From Bacteroidales bacterium (GTDB lineage Bacteria; Bacteroidota; Bacteroidia; Bacteroidales; VadinHA17), in contig JBBRVC010000002.1 of assembly GCA_038247205.1 (NCBI GenBank), positions 1 through 63,743 of the forward strand: a stretch of DNA of 63,743 bases. The letters are read 5' to 3'. Shown here piece after piece: positions 32,080 through 42,286 of this stretch. Both the position numbers and the translations under genes were made by a program. Each line of letters begins with the position of its first letter. Within the stretch, counting starts at the first letter, position 1. The notes under the pieces were generated by a model, which made no database searches, was not told the origin of the DNA, and worked only from the letters and a program-made list of their open reading frames with translations.

Positions 32080-32658
32080 TTATGATTTAATAATTCCCGT
32101 AAAACCCATGAACGCTAGTGCAAGTATTCCCGCTGTAACAAGTGAAATAGGAACCCCTCTCATCCCTTTTGGGATTGTAACCAGGTCAAATTGTTCTCTC
32201 ATGCCGGCAAGAATGGTCAGAGCAAGCCCGAAGCCTACTGCTGTTGCAGAACTATAGACTACACCTTCAATCAGGTTGTAGTTTTTCTTGATAACAAGTA
32301 TCGCAACTCCCAATACTGCGCAATTGGTGGTAATAAGAGGAAGGAATATTCCAAGTGCCTGGTAAAGTGGCTGACTTATTTTTTTGAGGATAATCTCTAC
32401 CATCTGTACCAATGATGCTATAACAAGGATAAAGGTAATTGTTTGCATGAATCCGATACCAAGCCTTTCAAGCACATATACCTGGATAAGATAGGTCGTT
32501 AAAGTTGCAAGGACTGTTACAAATGTGACAGCGCCTGTCATTCCCAAAGCTGTAGTTACTTTATTGGAAACACCCAGGAAAGGACATATTCCAAGGAACT
32601 GCGCAAGGACAACGTTATTAATGAATATGGCTGAGATAATTATTAAAATATATTCCAT
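32080..32658 (-). CDS. rnfA: Rnf electron transport complex subunit A
   Basis: Polytopic ~190 aa with the NNVVLAQFLGICPFLGVS N-terminus. Last gene of the rnf cluster. Confidence 0.9.
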   Translation of the reverse strand: MEYILIIISAIFINNVVLAQFLGICPFLGVSNKVTTALGMTGAVTFVTVLATLTTYLIQVYVLERLGIGFMQTITFILVIASLVQMVEIILKKISQPLYQALGIFLPLITTNCAVLGVAILVIKKNYNLIEGVVYSSATAVGFGLALTILAGMREQFDLVTIPKGMRGVPISLVTAGILALAFMGFTGIIKS

Positions 32659-32669
32659 TGTTACTGACT

Positions 32670-33251
32670 TTAAGTTCTTTTAATCCGGTTTATGAGTGCG
32701 ATGAGATAACCCAGGCCTATGAAGGCTCCGGGTGCCAGGATAAACACAAGTATGCCATCACCCTGAATAAGCTTTAATCCGAAAATTGCACCGTTTCCCA
32801 GCAACTCGCGGATGGCTCCAAGGATACCAAGCGCCATTGTGAAGCCAAGTCCCATTCCTGCACCATCGAGAAATGAACTGAATACTGAGTTTTTACTTGC
32901 AAAGGCTTCTGCGCGACCAAGTACTATACAGTTGACGACTATGAGCGGAATGAAAATACCCAGTTTTTCATATAAGGATGGCACATATGCCTGCATAAGA
33001 AGATCTACAATTGTTACAAACGATGCGATGATAAGCACAAAAGCAGGGATCCTTACCTTATCAGGTATAAGATTAGCAAGGGATGATATTACTACATTCG
33101 ATCCGATAAGAACGAAGGTTGTTGCAATTCCCATTCCTAATCCATTCATTGATGATGATGTTGTTGCAAGGGCGGGACAGGTTCCGAGGACCAGAACCAG
33201 TAAAGGATTTTCTCTCAGAAAACCTTTATTGAAATTTTGCAGCTGATTCAT
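32670..33251 (-). CDS. rnfE: Rnf electron transport complex subunit E
   Basis: NPLLVLVLGTCPALATTSS motif. Paralogue of RnfA. Confidence 0.9.
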   Translation of the reverse strand: MNQLQNFNKGFLRENPLLVLVLGTCPALATTSSSMNGLGMGIATTFVLIGSNVVISSLANLIPDKVRIPAFVLIIASFVTIVDLLMQAYVPSLYEKLGIFIPLIVVNCIVLGRAEAFASKNSVFSSFLDGAGMGLGFTMALGILGAIRELLGNGAIFGLKLIQGDGILVFILAPGAFIGLGYLIALINRIKRT

Positions 33252-33823
33252 TTCAATCCTCCTTTCATTATGGTTTTATATGCACGATCAACAGCATCGC
33301 AAAAGGCTCTTGAACTGATTGTAGCTGCTGTTATAGCATCAACAGGCCCTCCGTCTTTTTTCACTTTTAAGATATATTCTGAAGGATTTTTTTCTAAAAA
33401 TTGATCCTTGAACTTAGCTTCTGTCATTTTTGTTCCAAGGCCAGGAGTCTCTTTATGATCGAGGACAGTAATGTTAATGATGGTACCATCTGGTTTAAAA
33501 CCGGCCATTAGATTTATTCTGCCGCTGAAACCGTTTAATGTGTAAGTATTCACAGCATAGCCTATTAAGACGCTGTCTTTCTTTGCCGGATAAATATCAA
33601 GGCTGTCTCCTTCTCCCGTGGGAAGACGAAACATCTCAGTATTGGGGTCATTTGTAAACCCCGGGGTTACAAGTTTTATTGCGTCAATTTTTTTATTGAG
33701 AATTGACATCTCGATTGGTATTTTTGTCTTTTCATAAACAAATCCCAGACATGCTGATGCTACAAGTGCCAGAAGTGTCAGCGACAGCACCATGTTCTTA
33801 AAAGTTGATTCTGTCTTAGCCAT
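33248..33823 (-). CDS. rnfG: Rnf electron transport complex subunit G (FMN-binding)
   Basis: N-terminal anchor, ETPGLG and the DAITAATISS flavinylation motif. Confidence 0.85.
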   Translation of the reverse strand: MAKTESTFKNMVLSLTLLALVASACLGFVYEKTKIPIEMSILNKKIDAIKLVTPGFTNDPNTEMFRLPTGEGDSLDIYPAKKDSVLIGYAVNTYTLNGFSGRINLMAGFKPDGTIINITVLDHKETPGLGTKMTEAKFKDQFLEKNPSEYILKVKKDGGPVDAITAATISSRAFCDAVDRAYKTIMKGGLK

Positions 33824-34814
33824 TTTTCACCTCTCCAAATCTTTTAGGTTTAATATATGTATTCATAAGAGGTACGAACGCATTCATTATGAGAATTGCG
33901 AAGGAAACACCTTCAGGATAAGCACCCCAGACCCTTATTATAACTGTTAGCATCCCAATACCACATCCGTATATCAGCATGGCTTTTTTGTTCATCGGTG
34001 ATGTTACGTAATCGGTGGCCATAAAAATTGCTCCGAGTAGCAGTCCTCCTGTTAACATATGAAATACAGGATCAGCATTTTTAACAGGATTTACAACCCA
34101 GAGTATAGTTGTGAATATCGCTACCGTACCAATAACAGATACAGGGATATGCCATGTAATAATCTTTTTTACAAGAAGATAGGCAAATCCTAACAGAAGG
34201 GCAACTGCCGCAACTTCTCCAAGTGATCCAGCCATTTTGCCCAGAAACATTTGTGATGGCGAAGGGATAGTGCTCATAAGTTGCTGAAGCGGTTCTCCGT
34301 TTTTCAGACCTTCTTTTACTATTGCAAGAGGAGTAGCACCTGTTACAGCATCTGTATAGCCTGTCTTTAACCCCGCCGGAACAGGCCAGCTTGTCATTTG
34401 AACCGGAAATGATATCAGCATAAAAACACGTCCGACAAGTGCGGGATTGAATGGATTGTTTCCAAGTCCGCCAAATGTCATTTTAGCAACTACAATAGCG
34501 GCAAAGCTGCCGATAATAATTGTGTAAACCGGGATGTTTGATGGAAGATTAAATGCCAGAAGCATCCCTGTTACCAACGCTGAACCATCTGTGATTGAAA
34601 CTGGTTTCTTTAAGAAGAATCTTTGAATAAGATATTCGAAAACAAGACAGGAGACAATAGAAGTTAATGTAACAATAACCGCACCATATCCAAAATAAAA
34701 AACCGATGTGATGAGAGCCGGAATAAGAGCTACTGCCACACCAATCATCAGCTTTCTTGTTGTTTCTGTTCCGTGCGTCTGAGGCGACGGGGAAATATTA
34801 AGAAGATCACTCAT
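33816..34814 (-). CDS. rnfD: Rnf electron transport complex subunit D
   Basis: Polytopic 332 aa with NPALVGR, DAVTGATPL and ATDYVTSP motifs. Confidence 0.9.
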   Translation of the reverse strand: MSDLLNISPSPQTHGTETTRKLMIGVAVALIPALITSVFYFGYGAVIVTLTSIVSCLVFEYLIQRFFLKKPVSITDGSALVTGMLLAFNLPSNIPVYTIIIGSFAAIVVAKMTFGGLGNNPFNPALVGRVFMLISFPVQMTSWPVPAGLKTGYTDAVTGATPLAIVKEGLKNGEPLQQLMSTIPSPSQMFLGKMAGSLGEVAAVALLLGFAYLLVKKIITWHIPVSVIGTVAIFTTILWVVNPVKNADPVFHMLTGGLLLGAIFMATDYVTSPMNKKAMLIYGCGIGMLTVIIRVWGAYPEGVSFAILIMNAFVPLMNTYIKPKRFGEVKNG

Positions 34815-34832
34815 ATAGAAAAAAATAGCTAA

Positions 34833-36167
34833 TTATTTGATGTTTCTTTCACGTACCATTCTGGTAACCGTTGATTTTCCAAGGCGTATGTAGTCAAGAA
34901 TAGGACGGCTTGCAGGACAGATATAACTGCATGAGCCGCATTCCATACAATCTGTAATCTTCTCTGATTCAGCTCTTTCAAAAAGTCCTTTTTCAGACAA
35001 TGTCATAAGCAGGTAAGGTTCCAGATTAAGAGCGCATACAGAAACACATTTTGCACATCGAATGCATGGTTCCGGTTTATTTCTCTCCGATTCGGCAGCA
35101 GGAAACAATACTATACCTGATGTTCCTTTGACAATTGGAATATCAAGATTGCTGATTGCCTTGCCCATCATCGGACCACCCGAAACTATTTTTCCTGTAT
35201 CGGCCGGCATACCACCTGCTGCTTCAATTAGTTTTCTAACCGGGGTCCCTGTTCTTACAAGGTAGTTTCCCGGATTTGGAAGGGATTTTCCGGTTATTGT
35301 AACTACTCTTTCAAAGAGTGGTTTATTCTTTTGAACAGCCTCATAAACAGCATAAGCAGTACCGACGTTATGAACCACGGCTCCCACATCAATGGGAAGT
35401 TTTCCTGAAGGCACTTCTTTGTTTATCAACGCTTTAATTAACTGTTTTTCAGCTCCCTGGGGGTATTTAACTTTTAGGGCATGAATGCTTATTCCCTTGA
35501 ACATCGTGACAAGTTTTTGCATTGATGCGATGGCGTCGGGTTTGTTGTTTTCGATGCCTATCATTGCTCTGTCAACATTAAGTGCCTTCATAATGATGGA
35601 AACACCAACCAGGATTTCCTGACCTCTTTCGAGCATAAGTCGATGATCGGATGTAAGGAATGGCTCACATTCCACACCATTGATAATTAGCACATTGCAC
35701 TTTTTACCTATGGGAACTGAAAGTTTGACATGAGACGGAAATGTAGCTCCTCCCAGTCCCACGATCCCGCAGTCAAAGCACTTCTTTATGATTTCTTCCG
35801 CTGAAAGCTTAATTTCAATGATTATCTCTTTACTTCTGTCAATTGTCTCGAGCCATTCATCTCCTTCAACATCAATATAAACAGCATTCTGCTTATATCC
35901 GGAAGTATCAATTACTGAATCTATCTTACTTACCGTTCCTGATACGGAAGAATGAATGTTTGCAGATACAAATCCCTTCCCTGTAGCAATTATCTGTCCT
36001 GCTTTGATTTTATCTCCTTTGTTCACAGATGCAACCGCTGGCGCGCCTATATGCTGGGATATTGGAATAGTAACACTCTCAGGTATAGAAAGCGATGTAA
36101 TTGGAAAATTCGCTGTCAGCTTATTTTCAGGTGGATGAACACCTCCGATGGGAAATGTTTTCAACAC
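34833..36167 (-). CDS. rnfC: Rnf electron transport complex subunit C
   Basis: VGLGGATFP NADH/FMN-site pattern and two C-terminal 4Fe-4S motifs (CIRCAKCVSVC, CMECGSCSYICP). Confidence 0.9.
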   Translation of the reverse strand: MLKTFPIGGVHPPENKLTANFPITSLSIPESVTIPISQHIGAPAVASVNKGDKIKAGQIIATGKGFVSANIHSSVSGTVSKIDSVIDTSGYKQNAVYIDVEGDEWLETIDRSKEIIIEIKLSAEEIIKKCFDCGIVGLGGATFPSHVKLSVPIGKKCNVLIINGVECEPFLTSDHRLMLERGQEILVGVSIIMKALNVDRAMIGIENNKPDAIASMQKLVTMFKGISIHALKVKYPQGAEKQLIKALINKEVPSGKLPIDVGAVVHNVGTAYAVYEAVQKNKPLFERVVTITGKSLPNPGNYLVRTGTPVRKLIEAAGGMPADTGKIVSGGPMMGKAISNLDIPIVKGTSGIVLFPAAESERNKPEPCIRCAKCVSVCALNLEPYLLMTLSEKGLFERAESEKITDCMECGSCSYICPASRPILDYIRLGKSTVTRMVRERNIK

Positions 36168-36197
36168 TATCGTATATTTAAAATATTAAACATCTTA

Positions 36198-37061
36198 TTA
36201 TCCATTAATTTTCTCAGTTTCAACTATCTCTTTAATTTTCCTTGGAGGAAAATTCAGTTCAATAATTGCATTGGTTGGACATTCGGTAACACATTTTCTG
36301 CAGAATGTGCATTTAGTTGCATCGATATAGGCGAGGTTATTCTCGATGGTGATAGCATTAAACTCGCACACTTTCAGGCATTTATTACAGGCAATACATG
36401 CCACTTTACAAGCTCTTCTTGCAGGTCCGCCCTTATCGCAGTTTGAGCAGGCAACATATATCTTCCTGTCTTTCTTAGCTTTTTTTCTTAGTTCTATAAT
36501 GTGCCGCGGGCAAGCTTTAACACATGCACCGCATGAAACGCATTTATCGTCAATAATAACCGGAAGACCTGTCACAGAATCCATAAACATCGCATCAAAT
36601 GAGCATGCTCTCACGCAATCGCCATTACCAAGACAACCATAGCTGCAGTCTGTTTCACCAATGTAGAGGCTATGAGAAATTCTGCAATCAGGAACGCCAT
36701 CATATTTTGAGGTGCGGGGTCTGTACTCACCTGAGCCATTACACAGAAGTGTAGCCACAAGAGGGTCAGTTATAGGAGCCACTTTGCCGAGAATTGATGC
36801 TGCATTTACCATAACAGCCGCCCCACCTACAGGACAGGACAATCCATCGAAGGTTTCAGCATTTACAAGTGCCTCTGCAAAGTTGCGACAACCTGCAAAA
36901 CCGCACCCCCCGCAATTAGCTGCCGGCAGGATTTCCTGGATCTGATCTATTCGTGGATCTTCAAAAACCTTGAATTTTTGTGCTACAAAATATAGTATCA
37001 CTGCTGAGATAAGAGCAAGGACACTTAAACTTATAACTGTAATAAGAACTGTAGAACCCAT
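36198..37061 (-). CDS. rnfB: Rnf electron transport complex subunit B (polyferredoxin)
   Basis: N-terminal anchor, the CGGCGFAGC cluster, then several CxxCxxCxxxCP motifs. Confidence 0.9.
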   Translation of the reverse strand: MGSTVLITVISLSVLALISAVILYFVAQKFKVFEDPRIDQIQEILPAANCGGCGFAGCRNFAEALVNAETFDGLSCPVGGAAVMVNAASILGKVAPITDPLVATLLCNGSGEYRPRTSKYDGVPDCRISHSLYIGETDCSYGCLGNGDCVRACSFDAMFMDSVTGLPVIIDDKCVSCGACVKACPRHIIELRKKAKKDRKIYVACSNCDKGGPARRACKVACIACNKCLKVCEFNAITIENNLAYIDATKCTFCRKCVTECPTNAIIELNFPPRKIKEIVETEKING

Positions 37062-37064
37062 TAA

Positions 37065-37517
37065 TTAAGCTTTTATCGTAAACGTAAATTTTTTATCAAT
37101 CTTATTTCTGAATAAGTACATAATGAAATAATAAGGTGCCAGAACAGAAAGTGAAAAAAGTCCTGCAGTTAATTCACTTATTGAAAAAGAGATAAGTATG
37201 ATCAGCGTTAAAATTACCATAAGCAAAGGCATGATGTAACCCAGAATTACTGCAGCGTAACCCATTGATTGAGTCATCATTACTGTTACCAAATCCCCGG
37301 CACTTACACTATAATTTCCCAGAACTTCAACTATTTTTTCCTCTTTTCCGGTAAGAGCACATGAACCTTCAGCATGGCATCCGGAACAGGCATGGAGTGA
37401 AGTTATCTTAACAAAAACTGATTTGCCATCTGTCTGCTGAACTACACCATCGTGCTGAATAGTCTCTTTAAAATCTGACCTGGCCATTATATACCCCAAT
37501 TTTTTTTGAACGCCCAA
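37065..37517 (-). CDS. rseC: RseC/MucC-family (SoxR-reducing system) membrane protein
   Basis: Cys-rich N-terminus (CSGCHAEGSC), two TM helices, and a position immediately upstream of rnfB. The true start may be the Met at 37487. Confidence 0.65.
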   Translation of the reverse strand: MGVQKKLGYIMARSDFKETIQHDGVVQQTDGKSVFVKITSLHACSGCHAEGSCALTGKEEKIVEVLGNYSVSAGDLVTVMMTQSMGYAAVILGYIMPLLMVILTLIILISFSISELTAGLFSLSVLAPYYFIMYLFRNKIDKKFTFTIKA

Positions 37518-37605
37518 ATTTGGCGATTACTGCGTAATATGAACCTGTTTTTTGTCAGTTTTTAACTGTTGTATTATTATTTAAATTGATTCTAATTTAA
37601 AATAA

Positions 37606-39717
37606 TCAGCTTATATTACTCCACGACTGCTTTTGGATGAAAAGATGTTTTAACTGTGTTCTTAATACAACATTCTGATCGTGTTCAAGTAACGGATCGT
37701 TATCCAGTATATCTTCTGCAATCTTCCTTGCGTATTGTATCAGCTGACCATCTTTGCCAAGATTTGCGATCTTTAGGTCAAAAGGAACGCCACTCTGAAC
37801 AGTACCTTCTATATCACCTGGCCCTCTTAGCTGCAGGTCCTTTTCAGCGATATCGAATCCATCAGTGGTACTGACCATAACCTCTATTCTCTTTACAGCC
37901 TCCTTCGACAATTTATCCGAACTCATTAATATGCAGTATGACTGGTCAGCGCCTCTGCCTACCCTGCCTCTTAACTGATGCATCTGGGAGAGACCAAACT
38001 TCCCGGCACTCTCAATTATCATTACTGTAGCGTTTGGAATATCGACACCGACTTCTATTACCGTTGTGGCTATAAGAATGTGAGCGTGCCCATCCTTAAA
38101 AAGTTTCATGGATGCTTCCTTATTAGCTGATGACATCTTACCATGAACAACACTTACACAGTATTTTGGCGCAGGAAATACCCTTGTGATCGTATCCCAG
38201 CCATCCTCGAGATTCTTGTAATCGAGTTTTTCTGATTCAGTGATCAATGGATAAACCACATATATCTGGCGTCCTTCAGCAATTTGATTTCTGATAAATC
38301 CAAACACCTTATTTCTTTCAGGATCTGTAAAATGCATTGTTTTAACAGGGATCCTGCCGGGGGGTAATTCATCAATCACCGAAACATCGAGGTCTCCGTA
38401 AAGAGTCATAGCCAGAGTCCTTGGTATAGGTGTTGCTGTCATTACAAGAATATGAGGCGGATTAAGGTTTTTTTCCCATAATTTCGCTCTCTGTGCAACC
38501 CCGAACCGATGCTGCTCATCAATAATTACCAGTCCGAGATTACCGAACTTAACCGTTTCCTCTATAAGGGCATGAGTTCCAATAAGTATATGTAAAGAAA
38601 GGTCGCTGAGAGATTCATCGATTGATTTACGCAGGCTTTTTTTTGATGATCCCGTAAGAAGCTGAACTTTGATGTTAATCCCTTCAAGGAATTTGGTGAT
38701 GGTTTTATAATGCTGATTTGCAAGAATTTCCGTTGGTGCCATGAGGCATGCCTGATAACCATTGTCAAGAGCGATAAGCATACTCATCAGTGCTACAAGG
38801 GTTTTCCCGCTGCCAACATCACCCTGCAGGAGGCGGTTCATTTGTTTCCCTGACCCTATGTCTTTTCTGATCTCTTTCATTACTCTTTTCTGTGCAGTGG
38901 TAAGGTCAAAGGGAAGGTTGTTAAAGTAAAAATTATTGAAATTTTCGCCAACATTGGAAAAAACAAATCCCCTGAATTTTCTGTTTCGGGTCACTTTAAG
39001 GCGGAGCAGATTTAGTTGGATATAAAAAAGCTCTTCGAATTTGAGACGATACCTTGCCTTTTCAAGTTCTTCATTATCAGCAGGAAAATGAATCTTATGC
39101 AAAGATTCATGAAGAGGCATTAGTTTATATTTTGTAACAATATGTGCAGAAAGGGTCTCAGGGATCCTTGCCGGTAGCTGTTTCAGAAGATTGCTTATAA
39201 GCTTGCTTAAAGCTTTTGATGTAAGGAATTGATTTTTCAGTTTTTCAGTTGTGCTGTATTGAGCCTGAAGGGCTGAATTGATCCTTTCATCACGCTTATC
39301 GGCCGATTCAATTTCAGGATGGATAATATTTATCATGCCGTTAAACACACCGGGCTTTCCGAAAACAATAAATTCTTTTCCGGGAGGAAAAGTTCCCGGT
39401 ATCCATTTTGTTCCTTTAAACCAAATCAGTTTGAGAGTGCCTGTTTCATCCTGCAGATCTGCGGTAAGTCTTTTTCCGGGGCCGTTACCCTCTGTTGCAT
39501 AACCTTTAATTATACCTTTTATCTGTACAAAAGGAAGATCCGGATCCATTTCCGAAATCCTGTAATACCGGGTTCTGTCAATATATTTATATGGGAAATG
39601 ATAGAGCAGGTCGGCAAATGTATTTATACTCAATTCTTTACTAAGAAGCTCGGCTCTTTTTGGACCAACCCCTGTAAGATACATTATGTTTGTGCTGAGA
39701 AATTCCTGAGCCACCAT
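37606..39717 (-). CDS. recG: ATP-dependent DNA helicase RecG
   Basis: Wedge/OB N-terminal region, Walker A GDVGSGKT, DEQHRFG, TATPIPRT and QLRGRVGRG. Confidence 0.9.
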   Translation of the reverse strand: MVAQEFLSTNIMYLTGVGPKRAELLSKELSINTFADLLYHFPYKYIDRTRYYRISEMDPDLPFVQIKGIIKGYATEGNGPGKRLTADLQDETGTLKLIWFKGTKWIPGTFPPGKEFIVFGKPGVFNGMINIIHPEIESADKRDERINSALQAQYSTTEKLKNQFLTSKALSKLISNLLKQLPARIPETLSAHIVTKYKLMPLHESLHKIHFPADNEELEKARYRLKFEELFYIQLNLLRLKVTRNRKFRGFVFSNVGENFNNFYFNNLPFDLTTAQKRVMKEIRKDIGSGKQMNRLLQGDVGSGKTLVALMSMLIALDNGYQACLMAPTEILANQHYKTITKFLEGINIKVQLLTGSSKKSLRKSIDESLSDLSLHILIGTHALIEETVKFGNLGLVIIDEQHRFGVAQRAKLWEKNLNPPHILVMTATPIPRTLAMTLYGDLDVSVIDELPPGRIPVKTMHFTDPERNKVFGFIRNQIAEGRQIYVVYPLITESEKLDYKNLEDGWDTITRVFPAPKYCVSVVHGKMSSANKEASMKLFKDGHAHILIATTVIEVGVDIPNATVMIIESAGKFGLSQMHQLRGRVGRGADQSYCILMSSDKLSKEAVKRIEVMVSTTDGFDIAEKDLQLRGPGDIEGTVQSGVPFDLKIANLGKDGQLIQYARKIAEDILDNDPLLEHDQNVVLRTQLKHLFIQKQSWSNIS

Positions 39718-39800
39718 TTTTTAGCCATTTGTACGTAGAAAAGATATCCGAAATTAAGTATTTTTGGGGTCCCTGCCAACTATTAAGATTGAATGTGAAA

Positions 39801-40589
39801 ATGATTTTTTTCAGAGTGTTGAATTTCCTGAAATATTTGGTGTTTTCAAAGCACAGAAATGGCCATGGGATTCATAGTCCTTTTGTTTTTAAGATTGTAT
39901 CGGAGATATTGAGGAATAAAATCAATCCTGATGTTGTCTTAAAGATTGAAAAGAGAAGGAAAGAGCTGATCTCAGATAAAAGGACCATTATTGTGAGGGA
40001 TCTGGGTGCCGGATCCAAAAAAATGAATAAAAGTCAACGAAAAGTGTCAGATATAGCACATAATTCTTCAGTAACTAAAAAGTATGGCGGTTTGCTGACC
40101 GCTATGGCCGCTGAGTTTGGCCAGCCATATATTATAGAATTTGGCACATCACTTGGTATCAGCACAATGTACCTTGCTTCGGGATCGCCTGAAACACAGG
40201 TATATACTATGGAAGGATGCCCTGCTACTGCTGATATTGCCAGAGAAAATTTTGAGTGTGAAAGATTTAACAATATAAGGCAGCATATTGGACCTTTTGA
40301 TAATCTTTTACCGGCTATTAAAGAGATATCAGGAGAACCTGGTCTGGTTTTTATAGATGGGAATCACCGTAAGGATCCTGTAGTAGATTATTTTTATCAG
40401 ATGAGTGAAAAATCAGGTAATAACACTGTAATAATTATTGATGATATTCATAACTCAAAAGAAATGGAAGATGCATGGAATATTATCAGACAGCATGAAA
40501 AAGTCACGACTACTATTGATATAAACAGAATAGGGATAGTTTTCTTCAGGTATGGGTTAACACATCATGATTTTTATATCCGGTATTAA
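39801..40589 (+). CDS. class I SAM-dependent methyltransferase (O-methyltransferase-like)
   Basis: IIEFGTSLGISTMYLA (motif I) and VFIDGNHRKD. I prefer the ATG at 39801. The track start at 39729 would leave only 11 nt after the divergently transcribed recG start (39717) for both promoters. Confidence 0.65.
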   Translation: MIFFRVLNFLKYLVFSKHRNGHGIHSPFVFKIVSEILRNKINPDVVLKIEKRRKELISDKRTIIVRDLGAGSKKMNKSQRKVSDIAHNSSVTKKYGGLLTAMAAEFGQPYIIEFGTSLGISTMYLASGSPETQVYTMEGCPATADIARENFECERFNNIRQHIGPFDNLLPAIKEISGEPGLVFIDGNHRKDPVVDYFYQMSEKSGNNTVIIIDDIHNSKEMEDAWNIIRQHEKVTTTIDINRIGIVFFRYGLTHHDFYIRY

Positions 40590-40662
40590 CATAATTAAAT
40601 ATTTATTAATTTCTAATTTGGTTAATTTAATCTAATTTCGAAAATTCAAAATTTTAAGCATT

Positions 40663-41364
40663 ATGGACAAAGTAATTGAGATTCGCGATATTGTCAAGAA
40701 TTATCAGGTTGGGTCACAGATCGTCAGGGCTTTAAGATCGGTTTCTGTCAATATTCATCGTAACGAATATGTTGCCATTATGGGCCCTTCAGGTTCAGGT
40801 AAATCAACACTGATGAACCTTCTCGGATGTCTTGACACACCAACCAGCGGATCATATATCCTCAATGGGACTGATGTAAGTAAAATGGAGGATGATTACC
40901 TTGCCGAAATCAGGAATAAGGAGATTGGTTTTGTATTTCAGACTTTCAATCTTTTACCACGCTATACTGCCCTTGAGAATGTTACCTTGCCATTGATATA
41001 CGCTGGTATTTCAAAGATTGACAGGGAGAAGCAGGCAATTGAGACACTTGAGCAGGTAGGATTAAGCGACAGGATGACTCATAAACCAAATGAACTATCA
41101 GGAGGACAGCGGCAGCGTGTTGCCATAGCCAGAGCCCTTGTTAACAGGCCTTCTATCATTCTGGCTGATGAACCGACAGGTAATCTGGACAGTAAAACTT
41201 CGCTCGATATTATGGGTCTGCTTGATGCTATCCATAAAAAAGGAAATACTGTAATTCTTGTAACTCATGAGGAGGATATAGCACGACATGCACACAGGAT
41301 CATTAGGTTGCTTGACGGCGAAATATCGCAGGATTATTTAAATGAGCACATTACAAAAGTCTGA
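40663..41364 (+). CDS. ABC transporter ATP-binding protein (MacB/LolD-type)
   Basis: Walker [11 protein letters not shown]-loop, signature [15 protein letters not shown], and Walker [12 protein letters not shown]. No permease gene is adjacent. Confidence 0.9.
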   Translation: MDKVIEIRDIVKNYQVGSQIVRALRSVSVNIHRNEYVAIMGPSGSGKSTLMNLLGCLDTPTSGSYILNGTDVSKMEDDYLAEIRNKEIGFVFQTFNLLPRYTALENVTLPLIYAGISKIDREKQAIETLEQVGLSDRMTHKPNELSGGQRQRVAIARALVNRPSIILADEPTGNLDSKTSLDIMGLLDAIHKKGNTVILVTHEEDIARHAHRIIRLLDGEISQDYLNEHITKV

Positions 41365-41393
41365 TAGCCTGAGCTATTGAAAAAGAATTCAAC

Positions 41394-41930
41394 ATGAAAA
41401 TATATACCCGTACAGGTGATGATGGTACTACATCTTTGGCAGGTGGTATCAGAATATCAAAATCTCATATCCGTGTAGAGGCATACGGGTCTGTGGATGA
41501 ATTGATTGCCTGGATCGGTCTTATTCGGGATCAGGCCACCGACCGGAAAAAAATTCTTCTTTTCATACAGGATCAGTTGATGAAATGTGCCGCAGCGCTT
41601 GCCTCTGACCCTGAGACCAGGAAAAGTTCTCAATTTTCTCCGGATGAAAATTCTGCAGAAGTACTGGAAAAGGAGATTGACATTATGGAATCAGAAATGC
41701 CTGTTCTGAAGAATTTTATTTTACCAGGAGGCAATGTTCTGGTTTCACATTGTCATATAGCAAGATGTGTGTGCCGTCGTGCAGAAAGGATAGTTATTAA
41801 GCTGACTGAAACAGAAAATACGCCTGAAATTGTATTAATGTTTCTGAACAGACTTTCCGATTATTTGTTTGTACTATCCAGAAAGATTTCTCTAGAGCTT
41901 GATATTGAGGAGATTAGATGGCCTCTTTAA
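41394..41930 (+). CDS. PduO-type ATP:cob(I)alamin adenosyltransferase
   Basis: N-terminal KIYTRTGDDGTTSL motif, LPGG, and a C-terminal LNRLSDYLF. Confidence 0.85.
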   Translation: MKIYTRTGDDGTTSLAGGIRISKSHIRVEAYGSVDELIAWIGLIRDQATDRKKILLFIQDQLMKCAAALASDPETRKSSQFSPDENSAEVLEKEIDIMESEMPVLKNFILPGGNVLVSHCHIARCVCRRAERIVIKLTETENTPEIVLMFLNRLSDYLFVLSRKISLELDIEEIRWPL

Positions 41931-42023
41931 TTAGTTGAAAATCTTTAAAACTGGTATTGTTTTTTATCTAAAATATTTTATATTTGCAAACTTTGTTTAA
42001 AATATTAAATTGAAATTCAAACT

Positions 42024-42245
42024 ATGTACTGGACACTTGAATTAGCATCAAAACTAGAGGATGCTCCATGGCCTGCAACAAAAGATGAGCTTATTGATTT
42101 TGCCATTAGGTCAGGTGCCCCAATGGAAGTTATAGAGAACCTGCAGGAAATAGAGGATGAGGGAGATATATATGAAAGTATTGAAGATATCTGGCCGGAT
42201 TATCCGAGTAAAGATGATTTCTTTTTCAACGAAGACGAATATTAA
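42024..42245 (+). CDS. DUF2795-like small acidic protein
   Basis: 73 aa with the pattern WPATKDELIDFAIRSGAP..VIENLQEIED. Weak family recall. Confidence 0.5.
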   Translation: MYWTLELASKLEDAPWPATKDELIDFAIRSGAPMEVIENLQEIEDEGDIYESIEDIWPDYPSKDDFFFNEDEY

Positions 42246-42249
42246 AAAA

Positions 42250-42286
42250 AAGGGCGCTGTATAAGTATAAGTGCCCTTAATTTTTT
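42250..42286. terminator. bidirectional hairpin terminator
   Basis: AAGGGCGC-loop-GTGCCCTT (8 bp including one G-T pair), flanked by an A-run upstream and a T-run downstream. It sits between convergent stops at 42245 and 42277. Confidence 0.65.
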